DNA of 64,000 nt. Origin: Eledone cirrhosa (Eukaryota). Under the pieces are notes generated by a model. It saw only the letters and a list, made by a program, of their open reading frames with translations, was not told where the DNA came from and did no database searches. The DNA lies in assembly GCA_964016885.1 (NCBI GenBank), contig OZ024740.1, forward strand, positions 165,726,001 through 165,790,000, given 5' to 3'. This document shows positions 1 through 14,097 of this stretch, piece after piece. The number at the start of each line of letters is the position of its first letter. Positions within the stretch are counted from its first letter, which is position 1. The position numbers and the translations under genes were made by a program.

Positions 1-890
1 GATCCAACTGAAATTCAAAAACTAAAGTAACCGTATCTCGTCTTTAATTCACAAAGAATTGTCCTTTGTGATAAATAGATCAAGAACGATAATAGATATT
101 ATCAAAATTCATTATTTAACAATTTTCATCACCGTTACTTCAATTTTAATAATCCTTCGAGGAAAATACATAAAACTGTGGGTCACTGCACTACATTCTT
201 GCTAAATCATACTTAGTTTTGTCCATTTTTCTGGTTTCAGCAATTCTGATCATAGTATTTAGTTTCAAACAAAGTAAAAGCACCTATATTACAAGATCAG
301 ACGCCTATCCCTAGCAGCTCACTTTCCCCACTGAGAAGTCTAAAATTAGTCTTGAAGTCTGCGAATCATGAGTTTCCACTGCTTATACCGGGAAATGTAT
401 TACCTTCCCACACCTGTTTAAAATAACTATGAGATTTAAGTGAATCATTGACGCCTGGACATTTTTCTGCTGTTTCAAAAAAACTCCAACATCCACGATT
501 TGTTCATTAGTATTAATAATATGAAAAATGTTCAAGGGAAGAAATGTGGATATCTTTCCTAAAACATTCAATATTTGTGATGCTAGTGAATAGCAATGAA
601 TTCTTGAGCATTGTATTTAAATCACAAAGAATTTATCACATCACCTGTTAGATAGAAACAACGATGTCAGCTATAAGATTGAAAATATTAATAAAACTAC
701 AAAACAATAAATATTGAGTATAACATTGATGACAACAACATCTCAAATCGAGCATCATATCAAGTATTATGGAAGAGTAATTTTTGTCTTGCCAAGGAAC
801 CCTAAAACGACAGCTGCATTGGTATAATGTACTCAACGACCCAAGATATAAAAGAGTAAAATGCTGTTCGACAACTACACATTAAATAAT

Positions 891-1071
891 TGTTTCTACT
901 TTTGGCACAAGGCCAGAAATTACCCAGTGCATTACTGGTACTTTATTTTATCGACCCCGTAAGGATGAAAGGCAAAGTTAATATTGGCGGGATATGAACT
1001 TAGAATGGCAAGGGCCGTAACTCTATTCGTCAAAGCATGGTGTCCGAGCCTCTACCGATACTGCCAATCCA
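891..1071 (-). mobile_element. tRNA-derived SINE (family A; Nin/Deu-like core)
   Basis: Close match to copies at 2171, 25957, 47593 and 51852. Minus strand has an A-box-like TGGCAGTATCGG, a decayed B-box and the core GCCTTTCATCCTTACGGGGTCGATAAA. The Nin/Deu assignment is from recollection of that domain. Confidence 0.85.
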
Positions 1072-2170
1072 AATGACAGCAATAAGGATTTCATACATAA
1101 TATGAACATTTGAATATAACATGAAAACAACTTGCGTTGTTATGATGTTCATGCTTTCGCAAATGTATTAGTAGCATAAATTGAATGGTTTCTTTTGAAA
1201 ATCAAAATTGGTGACGGATAATTTATTTTGACATAAAAATATCTATATAAAAATTAGTAAACAATAGAAAAGAATCTGTTCATACACTTTATTTATCAGT
1301 CTATCTGTTTATCTATTCAACGATAATGAGCGTACCACTGTTGTATCCTCTTGCTATAGGTGATGATGGCTATGTTGATAATGATAATCCGTTATTGGAA
1401 TGCTAGTGTGTGTAAGGGGAGGCAATTTATTTCGTTTTTACAGCATTCTAATGCTGAGGTAATCCTACCATTAAACTGACAACATACAGCACATAGGCAC
1501 ATACATGCCCAGTTTTTCTCATAGACACAAAACATTGACACACAATAAAACGAAACCCCCTAAAGAAACCCGAAAATAACTAGAAAAGATTCCCGCATTC
1601 CTTTTTGTATTGATCCAATGTGAAGGCAACCCCTAAATAGGACTAGAACTTGAAAAGTGCCGCTGCCATAAAACAGTAGTCTTTCTCAATGGTCCATTGC
1701 AAAGAATATTCTATTGCATTTTTTCTTCCGTTTTTCTCACTCGCCCCACTCTTTTTGTGACTGTTCATCAAAAGATTGCTCGAGGTGGCATTTTACCGCT
1801 TAGTGTTGGCGTTCCTTCTCTTGAGTTAATATTATCGAGTTGAGGCTCACTTGTTTTCTTTATTATTGTTGGACCGAACAAATATCACGGTTATTATCAA
1901 CGACTTAGTCATACTGACTCTCTTGGCATCGTTTTAACTTCGGGACAAAATAGATACTGATTGTGAGATAAGCAGCGTATTTGAATAGACAAGATTTAAG
2001 GTTGGAGAGCTATAGATTTTAGAGTGATAAAGTGTGTTTGAGAGAGAAAAAAATATGTTTGGCAGAGAGAATACAAAGAAGACAAAACCAGAGAAATCAG
2101 ACAGATATCGGAGTATATAAAAAAGAAGGAAAGGGAAATTGAAGAGTTATTAAGTGGAATTCTAATTAAT

Positions 2171-2325
2171 TGTTTCTACTTTTTGGCACAAGGCCAGCAA
2201 ATACCCAGCGTATTACTGGTACTTTATTTTATCGACCCCAGAAGGATGAAAGGCAAAGTTAACCTCGGCGGGATTTGAACTCAGAATGGCAAGGGCCGTA
2301 ACTCTATGCGTCAACGCATGGCGTC
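2171..2325 (-). mobile_element. tRNA-derived SINE family A, 5'-truncated
   Basis: Same sequence as 51852-52037 but lacks the A-box end; B-box GAGTTCAAATCCC on the minus strand. Confidence 0.85.
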
Positions 2326-2599
2326 AATTGTTCTGAGACAGAAAACAATGATAAATAAACAGTCAATTTGGAAATTAAGAAAACTCGCGGAAAACATCAT
2401 TTGCATAAACACACACAACGTTTAGACGGATGTTTTGAATTTTAATTTAAATATTCATAGAAGTACATAGGAAATACGTACTGATAATATTTAAATTCCC
2501 ACCCATAATGTTTGTATATCAAGCTACGAGAGCATATTGAACGCAAATGTTGAAAGTGGTATTCTTGGAGAACAGTTCTTTATATCAAGTACATGTCTA

Positions 2600-2722
2600 T
2601 TACTTATTTTATCGATCTCGTTTGGAAATTTAGTCACCGGCGGAATTCGAACTCAGAAAGTACAAGCATTTCCCCAATTATTTCATGGCATTTTGCCTAC
2701 TGCGCTACGAATTCTGCTTCCC
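2600..2722 (-). mobile_element. degenerate older SINE related to family A
   Basis: TTATTTTATCGAT...CGGCGGAATTCGAACTCAGAA resembles the family A core and B-box region. Confidence 0.55.
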
Positions 2723-3876
2723 CCACCTATCTCTATTTTTCTTTTTTTCTTTCTGTCTTTTTAATTTTCACTCTAGGCTTTTCATTACGCTGTCTGTTCT
2801 TTTTTCCTTCCCTTATCATTTCTCATCATTTCTCTTTAATCTCTCCTTTTCTTTTCTAAATCTAATATTACAGTTCCATGCGTGGAATTGTTTTTATCAA
2901 TTTTTATCCCAAACTACCTGAAGATGTCTACCCTAAAAATGATGTGCCAGCTACAGCTCTTTATTTTTGTAGTTGCGGATACTGGGATTACTAATATGTT
3001 GAGAAGAATGTCATAACATTGTAGTTTGTATGGCAGTGGAGGTTTTCTATCATTTTCTTTCTCCAATGAATGCTTGGCATATTGATAGAAAAGTGAGCAG
3101 AGACAGAGTGGATGGGAAGTATAAATGCCTAGAGATAGATTGATAATACGTGTGTGGAGGAGGTGGGATACACAGTGAGAAAAATAGTTGAGTATAGGGG
3201 AGAGAGGTCTAAAGAAAATGAAGATAGATAGATAGAGAGAGAGAGAGAGTAGAAATAAGACCTACTGTCAGAAGCGATGTTAGAGAAGACAGGAAAACAT
3301 TTCCCATGAACGAAAATGGAAAAAGGAAATAACTGGAAATCAAAAAGAAAATATTGAAAATATAGATTTAAAGAAAAATTCAATTACACTGTTGCATGAT
3401 GGGTAATTTTCCTGTAATGGTGGGAAAATCTTCTGATCGAAAGATACAAGTCGACCTAATACATTCATCGAAGTTTCACTTTGCTATGTTTATTGCAATT
3501 TCCCACCACACATTGACTCATATTTAAGTGGGCATACAAAAAGTAATTGCACATTCTACATGTATATTTGTGTATATACAGTACATATATATAAAAAGCG
3601 CACACATACATATATATATATATAGACACATGCACGTATGTTTTTATACTAATGTACGGGTACTTTTTCAATGTATATGCTTTGTGCGTATGTATGTGTA
3701 TAAGTATGTATAAAAGTTGTCTATGCGAAATTTTACGAGTGTTTGTTATATGTGCAAACGTGTTTATATATACATACATACATGCATGTGTGTGTATGTA
3801 TATATAGATGTGTGTATGTATATATATGCATACACATGCATATATATATACTCGTGTATCTATATATACATGTGTA

Positions 3877-3911
<35 letters not shown>

Positions 3912-5893
3912 GTGTGTGTGTGTGTGTATGTATATATATACATATGTTTGTGTTTTTATGAGTATGTATATATATATATATATGTGAGTACATATAAGTG
4001 CTTGAAACTGTGTACGTATGTATTTACATACAAATATGTATTTATAGTTTTTACAAGACTTACATTCTGCCAATATATATTAATGGAACCGAATATATGA
4101 GAGCGTAAATAAATGACTGCGAGTCGACTTGATTTTAACCCGCCCGGTGATTATATTTAGGTTATCAAAACATCGTAACAGCTAATACACTCTACCGTAA
4201 ATAAATAAATAATTAAATATATAAATGGTTAAAATACAGCAAACAAATAAGAGGAGGAGGGGGAGATAAAATTAACACAAATTTTCTATAAGAGTATATA
4301 AAAGACGAAAAAGAAAAACTCAGTAAAAAAAAAAAAAGAAAATAAATTGTTGCCTTTTAAAAGAAACCAAAAGGAAACATACCCATAACATGTGAGTGAC
4401 TGATGAGGCCAAAGGTTTTCTAATAACAGAGACTATCAATAAAATGATCTTGAATAGTAGGACATATCGGTCTTCAACAAGACCTGCTTTTAAATTTACC
4501 CACTGCCGACACACGAGTGAGCATTACTTGAAATTTTCTTGAATAGAATTCAGTCGCCGCTTCTGACAATTTCCTTACACTAACACACTATTTCAATTAA
4601 AAAAAAAATAAATGTATAACATTTAAATACTATAATTAACTTTATTTCACGATCGAAAATAGATTTCTATGATGATTTTCTTTTTTGCTAAGTTGTTTTA
4701 TATTATTTCAAATAATAATTATTATAATTATTATTGGTTTCGTTGTTTCTAGTATAGCTTTTAGTAGTTCATTTTTAAGATCTCTTATTTTAAGACGTCT
4801 ATCAAATTGACATTTTTGAAATTCCATCATAGATACAACAACTTCTTTTAGTGTTTAAAATCCTTATGCATTTTAAACATTTAAAATATACTTTTTACAA
4901 ACACACATACGTACATAATTTAACACACATTTTAACACAGGCCTAGATACTCATATTACAGTATAATTTACTTGTCAATTTGTTTCGGTTTTAAACCATT
5001 ATTTTTTTTATATTCTCAATAATCTTTATTCTTTAATTAGAAAGTTGTCTGTCTGTGCATACAAAATGTTAGCATGAAAATTGCGCGCATGCTAGTTTTT
5101 GCTTGTATGCAAGGGTGTGTATATAGTTAGCTTTCCAAAGAGAAACGGAAAGGAATCACAATTACATAAAGTACTGGATACATTAGTTGAAAAGATACAT
5201 ATTTATTTTATACAGGACTTTTACAGGACGAGAACTTTAGAAGTATATGAGTATGTGATTGTGTCGTCTACATGCACATTGAGTGGTAGGTCGTTTTAAC
5301 ACCACAACCACTATCTGGCTCTTGTTAAAAGTATTCGGGCGAGAACTCCAATTTTATTATATATTTCTCGCCAGTTTCAGAGGGCATGAATAAGGTCATT
5401 GGTGTAACCTCTTTTTTCTGACTGAACAGTAAAATGTAGACGGGCCCGTTTTTTCATAAACTATGGCTATGCTAACATATTATCCAGTGTAAGGAAACTG
5501 TGTGCAGTTTTACCAAATTTGATTAACACGAGAGAAGAAAAAAAAATAGTCTTTCGTAGGTAAATCCAATGAAATTATGTTTTCATTAGTCTGACCTTTA
5601 ATAAAGTGTTCTGGCCGTGACCAACTCGTCATATTTTCAGTAATAGTATACACACAACTGCATCATCCAATGCGCCATTTATGCACGCAGGGTCAATTTG
5701 AGTGAGATTTGGCTGCCTGGTTCTTCGTTGGTTCATAGGAAACAAACCAGAAATAACAGGTACTATGCCTCATCGAAATTTATTCATCACTCACCACCTT
5801 TTTTCTTTTCTTCTGTTTTGTTCATATCACAACTAATATGACAGATTGATGTGATCTATTTTATTTTTCATCAACACATAGAGCATATGTATG

Positions 5894-5994
<101 letters not shown>

Positions 5995-6660
5995 TATGTG
6001 TGTGTGTTACTAACTGGAATAAGGAAACGTCGATTACGTTTGGATACCCCTATCGTTTCTAGGCGCCAATCATTTCACGTTTCTCCCGGTTCGTAAATTA
6101 GATGTAGGTGTCAGCATAAACAAAGTTTTATCGCTTCAGAGCATTTTCATATGGGATTGTAAGCATGTACGGAACAGAATGGATCCAAAGTTCACTATAG
6201 ATCCTACAGGAAATCCATTTTATTCTTATAATACAATCTGCTCAAAAGGCAAATGTATACACATGACTTGAATTGATGGCCCTCTTATAACCTCAGGATA
6301 ATATCTCACAAGACTGGTTACATGAAATTTTCTAATACTTGTATACATTGGCTTCTGTTATAAATGCCACTGAGATTTGCTAAGGAGATAATAACCTAAC
6401 TGTAAATAATCTGATTGCCACCTAGAGCGAGATTTGAAGTCGAACTGTTGTGTTTGGAAACTACAAAAGTACCCAACATATTTAATCCGTTGTTGTTATT
6501 GGTTTATCCTCATGTCAGATCTACTCCTGCAGACCTATGAAAAAAAGCAAACAAAAGATCATGTTCAGACCATGACCATGTCATATTTTATTCAGCCATA
6601 GCATATATTATAGAAAAACAATATTAAATGTGTATTTCATTTCAAGTGGGAATTTAATCT

Positions 6661-6715
6661 TTCTTTTATTCTTTTATTGATATCAGTCGACTGCAGACAT
6701 GTCGAGGCATCGCCT
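6661..6715 (-). mobile_element. decayed SINE/LINE 3' tail homologous to the tail of the triplicated LINE
   Basis: Minus strand GGCGATGCCTCGACATGTCTGCAGTCGACTGATATCAATAAAAGAATAAAAGAA versus GGCGGTGCCCCAGCATGGCCTCAGCC..GGCTGAAACAGATAAAAGA at 36597-36645. Confidence 0.5.
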
Positions 6716-9422
6716 CCATAGAAATTCTAGTCGATTATATTATGGTTTAGTTTAAATACTTGCTGTGTCCTTCTTCATATCCTTTTCTTTTGCGTTATTC
6801 AAGGTTTAACTGGGGATACAGGAATTTGTGGAGAGAATTAATAGAAGGTATTGTCTGAAATGTGACACAAGTGACTATAACATTCCCTGTCTGATTTAAA
6901 GAGAATGATACTAATTTCTTCAGTTCGTAACGCCTCCTAACTTCAATGGTAAATAAGTTGATTGCTGAGTGTTGCGTGTATTGTACGTGGTTCTAACATT
7001 TAAATCTATTACAAATGAGAATGCTAAAAAGCTAAAAACTTAGATTCGAACTGAGGCATAATGAATTGCTTGCTGCAAGCATGTCTCTGGGAACCAGTAG
7101 CTAACTGCTTATATATTACCTATTTGACAGTTATTAATATATACATGCATACATATATATATATTCGTTTCATCCATCCATTACTTTATATGTTGCTATT
7201 CCCAACTTCCGGGTTTCAGTAGCTTTCTTTCATCGCTATGTTATCTTCAGGTTTGTTTATGCCTTTGAATAATCTCACGTATTAAACTAAATATGAAAGG
7301 AAAAAACAAAAAATGAGCTAAAAAATAAAACACGCTCTCTTTTACCCAGATTTTCGTTATCCTCCATCTTTACATTCTGAATGCATGTTGGTTAAATCGT
7401 AACTAGCTTGTTTGATACAATGTTCTAATCGTCTGCGACCAAACAACATTCACCCCTCCTCTCAAAACATCTGGCTCGAGCTTGTCAACATGTGTAGCTA
7501 TATGTGTGAGTGATGTGAATACGTACTTTTAATATATGAATCCGAGCAGCATATGTATATAAAGCAGTTTGACTTGTAGGCAGATAGAGAGACAAATTAC
7601 TAACAACGGGAGAGAAGTTAGAAAAAAGTAATTCTATAGAAGGATAATAAATATAGGAAATCAGCGTCAGCCTCATACATACAGACACTCCCACATGCAA
7701 ACAAACACACGCTGGCTCACACACATGATTGTAATAAATATAGAAAGCATTATAAGTATCTATGTATTTCAATTTATGAGTGCATAAGCACGCACACTGG
7801 ATGTGGTTAAAATGCGATTTTGTACGCATATAAATATGCATGTTTCACGAATGCTTGATGTACGTGTGTGTATGTTAGATATATAGTATTTTATTCATAT
7901 GATCTGTTAGTCTTGGATATATTCGATGTTAAACATTAGAAACAAATTACACAAAGCCCACCTAAGTTAAATTACTATACGTGTTCTATATTTCATTCGT
8001 GATGTATTCTTGTGGAGTTCTTCATACTATCACAGCAGTTTGCAAAGTCTGTAGGAAAGATAGCAAAAGCCCTGTAGTGCAATTATTAGCATATGTTTGC
8101 TTACTAAGAGATGAGCGGATCACTTCCTATCAATGAGCTCATCCGTATTCTTTGCTTTCAAATTTTATTTTATTAGAAATATATATACAGTTTAATATTG
8201 TTTTGTGTATTTGAAATAAATCTTAATTTGTAAGTATTATAATTTATACGCGATTAAACAATACAAATGGAAGAAAAATGAAAACTAAAATGTCATCTTA
8301 ATGACAGTTTAGCTTGATATACAAACTGATGTCATTCTGTGTTATGTGGATTTCGTGTCTGATTTGCCGCTAAAACCTCATGACATACAACATTGTCCCT
8401 TGATTCCTAAATGAATCTTCTGAATTTAGTATTCATTTTCTACTTTAGTCTATTTCAGAATGTGTCCATAAAATTTACGAGGAAAATATCATGAAGCATG
8501 AAATATAAATTGATATTATTTGCAATGTACAACATTAGTATGTAAAATTCACTGACACCAACATATTTATATGAAACACCACTGTTCCAGTTGGACCATT
8601 TTATGCATCATTGGTGTCGTTTACTTTTTTTTTTTTGTAGTAAATTGCCCAGCAAGAAATTTACTATACAAATATATTTTTAATAGACTAACGAGGTACA
8701 TTTCATCATCTACAACAACAACAAAAAAAAAAAAGGAAAAAAGCTAAATATGCAATAAGGGATGAATGTAAATCATACAGTCACTGAATCGTATCTCAAA
8801 CTCGATTTAACTCTAAATAATGATGAACGTTTGTTCATGTGCGTGTGATTTTCAGTTCAGTGTGAAATAAAAAATGAAAATGAATCGCCCAACACGATTT
8901 TACAAACCATGGGCTACCTTAATGGGAAATTCGTTCACTAAGATGCCAACGTATAACACTGATACATTTTTGTACATACATAGCGAAAGAACGACATATT
9001 GACAGATAGCGGAGGTGGAGGGGATGCTGACGAAGCAAAAATACACCAATCATATAGGCATGTACGCTTATATCTATATACGCGTTTATGTGTATATGAT
9101 TGTATTTGTTTATATGAGTATATGCATATGTAGGGAGCATATATATGCTTCTATACATTAGTATATATGTATGTGTGTACGTATGTATATAATATACGAT
9201 TTAAAAAGTTCGGTGTTGAGATATATATGAAAATATCTCGATTTAGATATGTAAGACAAAATGCAGATCTTTAGAGTACAGTGCTACAGTAAAAGCTCGG
9301 CTTCTAAATTATACAAAATATATACAAGAAAAAATGAGATATGGTTAGCGAGCTCTTCTACGTTTCTGAGTAAGTGGATGTGTACACACACACACGCACA
9401 CGCACGCGCACGCGCGCACACA

Positions 9423-9457
<35 letters not shown>

Positions 9458-9588
9458 GCAAAAGTTCTATTTAAAATTGTTGGGATACAACAAGTAAATA
9501 TTTTATAACTGATATAAAGCACTCGACAAGTTTTGGGAGTAGATATACTATATTAAATAAATGGAAACTATATTTATAAAACCATATT

Positions 9589-9653
9589 TATTTCATTATA
9601 CATATTTTAGGGATACCAAATTAAAATATGGTATGCCTTCATCAGATAAAATA
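9589..9653 (-). ncRNA. hammerhead ribozyme motif, predicted inactive (GAAA to AAAA, G12A)
   Basis: Mirror copy of 9822-9886 with CTGATGA intact but AAAA in place of GAAA (position 9608). Confidence 0.7.
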
Positions 9654-9821
9654 CAATATATAAACAGTTTTATAAATAATTTTGACGTACCCTATTAGAT
9701 GCAACCATTATTTTTGGAAGCTGTCTGGATTATTTTTGGAAGCTGTCCAGACAGCTTCCAAAAATAATGGTTGCATCTAATAGGGTACGTCAAAATTATT
9801 TATAAAACTGTTTATATATTG

Positions 9822-9886
9822 TATTTTATCTGATGAAGGCATACCATATTTTAATTTGGTATCCCTGAAATATGTATAGTGAAATA
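9822..9886 (+). ncRNA. type-I minimal hammerhead ribozyme
   Basis: Stem I TATTTTAT/GTGAAATA; core CTGATGA (9830-9836); stem II AGG-C-ATACCA/TGGTAT-C-CCT; GAAA (9867-9870); quasi-palindromic stem III ATATGTAT; NUH = AUA with predicted cut after 9878. Confidence 0.8.
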
Positions 9887-9930
9887 AATATGGTTTTATG
9901 AATATAGTTTCCATTTATTTAATATCGTAT

Positions 9931-9975
9931 GTATATATATATATATATATCGTATGTATATATATATATATATAT

Positions 9976-10012
<37 letters not shown>

Positions 10013-10046
10013 TATATATATATATATATATATATCATATATATAT

Positions 10047-10083
<37 letters not shown>

Positions 10084-10475
10084 TATATATATATATATAT
10101 ATATATATCATATATATATATATATATATATATATCATATATATATATATATATATATCATATATATATATATATATATCATATATATATATATATATAT
10201 ATCATATATATATATATATATATATATCATATATATATATATATATCATATATATATATATATCATATATATATATATATATATATCATATATATATATA
10301 TATATATCATATATATATATATATATCATATATATATATATATATATATCATATATATATATATATATATATCATATATATATATATATATATCATATAT
10401 ATATATATATATCATATATATATATATATATATATCATATATATATATATATATCATATATATATATATATATAT

Positions 10476-10512
<37 letters not shown>

Positions 10513-10900
10513 TATATATATATATATATATATCATATATATATATATATATCATATATATATATATATATATATATCATATATATATATATCATATATA
10601 TATTATATATATCATATATATATATATCATATATATCATATATATCATATATATCATATATATATATATATATCATATATATATATATATATATATCATA
10701 TATATATATATATATATATCATATATATATATATATATATCATATATTATATATATATATATCATATATTATATATATATATATCATATATTATATATAT
10801 ATATATCATATATTATATATATATATATCATATATTATATATATATATATCATATATTATATATATATATATCATATATATATATATATATATATATATA
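9931..10900. repeat. (TA)n array interrupted by inserted C (..TATCATAT..)
   Basis: Direct reading. Confidence 0.97.
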
Positions 10901-11242
10901 CAGTATAAAAGGGAAAACACAGGTAAGCATTAAGAGAAGGATTTTATCCAGGTATTTGCGACCGTTTCATTGGTAAGTGCAACATTATATTGCTATACTG
11001 CAAATAGCAGCCACTCAATTATAATTGTTGTTCACAGTCCAAATTTTCAAAATAGTGAGCACAATTCTTACAAACTTGTGGAGTTACCCTTAACCGTACG
11101 TTGAAACCATCCATGAATCTGTCTTTCTTAACCAAGAACTGGATCACAATAAGCAATTTTTTGCTTCTCTAACTATTTATATATACATACATATATGTAT
11201 ACTTATATATATATGTATATGCATACATACTTATATATGTTA

Positions 11243-12092
11243 TTTATATATATTAAAACTGAGGATGTCTGTGTGTGTGAGTTTGAATCCCTAAAACTCT
11301 AGAACCACCACACCAACTGTTTTCAAACTTTACACATGTAATACTTATGTTTCGGGGAGTGTTCTGAGCAAAACATTTCAAATTTTCTATGCCCTAGGGA
11401 CCGCATTAGGGGATTTAGCGATCTCTCTCTATAATTGTTAGTCTTTCTCTTTTTAGATAGATACATACATATAACTTCGTGCCCTTATAATATCTGTCTG
11501 TATATCTGACTGTTTGCATTACGTCACTTCCGTGACGATGTGTGTGTGTGTGTGTCTGTGTCTGTGAGTTTGAATCCCTAAAACTCGAGAAATACCCAAC
11601 CGACTTTTTTCAAACTTTACATGTGTATTACTTATGTTTCAGGGAGTATTATGCACACAAAATTCAACTTTTTGATCCCCTAAAACTGCATTTTTTCAGG
11701 TTTTTAGGGTTTTTTTGAGTCGTTACGTCAGACTGATTTCCTTGAAATTGTAACTATGTATTAGTCAGTCTCTTCTCCATACTGTGAGCAAAAAAAAATC
11801 CAACACTTTCAGCTTTTTAGGGCGTTACATCTAGCCGATTTTCTCGAAATTTCAAGGCATATTATGCACATTAAAAAAATTCATTTTCTTGATCCCCTAG
11901 GGCCCACATTAGGTGAAAACCTGCATTTGTTCGGCTTCATCGAGGAAAATCTTAAAGATTAACCAGCGATCAGAGTATTTGGTTTATTTTTTTTACATAT
12001 TGTCCACGCATGTTGTTTTTCCACGATTAGGTTTGTTGGCGGCCCGCGTTCCAAAATTACTTATCCCGTGCAACGCCGGGTACCACTGCTAG
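11243..12092 (+). mobile_element. non-autonomous Helitron, family H1, with duplicated 5' module
   Basis: 5' T(T)TATATATATTAAAACTGAGGATG; 3' hairpin CCCGTGCAACGCCGGG followed by CTAG|T. Homologous to 48878 and 50302. The GAGTTTGAATCCCTAAAACTC module occurs twice (~11279 and ~11566). Confidence 0.8.
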
Positions 12093-13470
12093 TGTTATAT
12101 ATATGTATGTATATGGATATATTTATACATATATAGTATGTGCTATATCTGTCTATGTATGTGTACAGTATATATCGAAAGGTAACTATGGTATTTGGTT
12201 AAAGCAAAATGTTCATTTATCATTTTTCCCTGCCCTTTTTAAATGGAAAGGCATAAAATGGAGTCAACTTTGAAGCACATTCCACTTATTTGTTTACTTA
12301 TCTATTTACTTATTTGAAATAAATTCCAGCCATGACACAGAAGAATCTGTTACCTGTCAGAATATTCTGGTTGGTTGTCAGTTGTAATGTATTGTTATAT
12401 GCCGCCTTCGTTATTATTCAGTAGTGTGTCAAAAATGTTGGCCATCACAACGCTCTTATTCAATTCAGTGAAGTCAGCGAAGAGGGTTTTTATAACATGC
12501 TAAAGACTTAATGTCTGAGTTTATTTTACTCACGGGTATATAATAGTTTTCACACAAATACATAATAGTTAGTTGATATCTAGTGTCTGAATCGTGTTTT
12601 TTTTTTTTTTTTTTTTTTTACCTGTATATTATTATTTTGAAGAATTGATATGAATTCATTACCGTCGGTTACCTTTAGAAATCTTACATTATTATGTATA
12701 CAAAGTAATATATGACTTCTTTCATCTCTCTATATGAGTATCTTGTTATATCTGCAAGTTTATTTATTAAAAACCGGGACAGCACGCCGGTGGATACATG
12801 GCAAATAAGATTACAGGTTTATGTTTAATAATTACACACTTAGCCTTGTTAGACAAATAAACCCTGTGGTTAATACACATGGTTCTCACTGCAGAATGAA
12901 CCGAAGAACAACTTGACTGAATTTTCATAAGTAATTAGTTGGAAGTCACTGTCTCTTTCTGTAAAAATGAATGGAGTAAACACTCCTGATGAGCGATGGC
13001 AGTGAATTTCTTCTTCGGTTCATAGTACAGAGGGACCCCTATGGCAGCTAAATAAATGATTATCATGAATACTCATGTACAATTATATATGATATGAGAC
13101 ATTGCTAGGGAAGCCGACGGGGTACGTATAGTTTCCCCTCTATGTTTCGACCACTCGAAATCAAACCAATTGTTAAAGTAAATATACATTGCTGATGTGA
13201 CACAAGATCAAAACATGCCCTTTGCTTTCACCAGTTGGTTTTACATGGAAAATAGTTTACCACTGCATTATCTTGACTCTCAAAATTGTTGATTAGTAGA
13301 TTAGTATATATTGTAGTTTTCTATGTGTCTGTCAGTCTGTTTTAACCTTCTCCCTGCCTCTTTTTCTCTTCTTTTAATATATCCACAGCTGTGAAGGGAT
13401 ATTATGAGGTTTATCTCAAATTGACTTTGCTCCGTCGTGTATTCATAAATACAGAAACACAGACACACAC

Positions 13471-13476
<6 letters not shown>

Positions 13477-13518
<42 letters not shown>

Positions 13519-13757
13519 GTATGTATATATATATAAATATATATGTATATGTATGTATATATATATATATAAATATATATGTATGTATATATATATATAT
13601 AAATATATATGTATATGTATGTATATATATATATATATATAAATATATATGTATATGTATGTATATATATATATATATATAAATGTATATGTATGTATAT
13701 ATATATAAATATATATATGTATGTATATATATATATATATAAATATATATGTATATG

Positions 13758-13800
<43 letters not shown>

Positions 13801-13869
13801 ATATATATATGTGTATATATATATATATGTATATATATGTATGTGTATATATGTATACATATATGTATA

Positions 13870-13912
<43 letters not shown>

Positions 13913-13971
13913 ATATATATATATGTATGTATATATATATATATGTATGTATATATATATATATATGTATG

Positions 13972-14002
<31 letters not shown>

Positions 14003-14003
14003 G

Positions 14004-14097
<94 letters not shown>

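Larger units (their letters stand above)
9545..9930. mobile_element. 386-bp fold-back element: 185-bp inverted arms, each carrying a hammerhead motif (probable Penelope-like pLTR fragments, head-to-head)
   Basis: 9545-9729 is the reverse complement of 9746-9930 with 4 mismatches. The 16-nt spacer TTATTTTTGGAAGCTG is a direct copy of left-arm sequence. The right arm runs into (TA)n. Confidence 0.9.

Noticed and set aside
4400-4420. CTGATGAGGCCAAAGGTT hammerhead-like start
   Set aside because: No GAAA follows stem II, and there is no stem I or III.
10956-10982. Minus-strand TTGC..GAAACGGTC-GCAA resembling a minimal hammerhead 3' half next to a TA array
   Set aside because: No core or stem II, and short enough to be chance.
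12970-13010. GAGT-AAAC-ACTC-CTGATGA possible type-III hammerhead
   Set aside because: Followed by GAAT rather than GAAA, stem II is only 2 bp, and the triplet would end in G.
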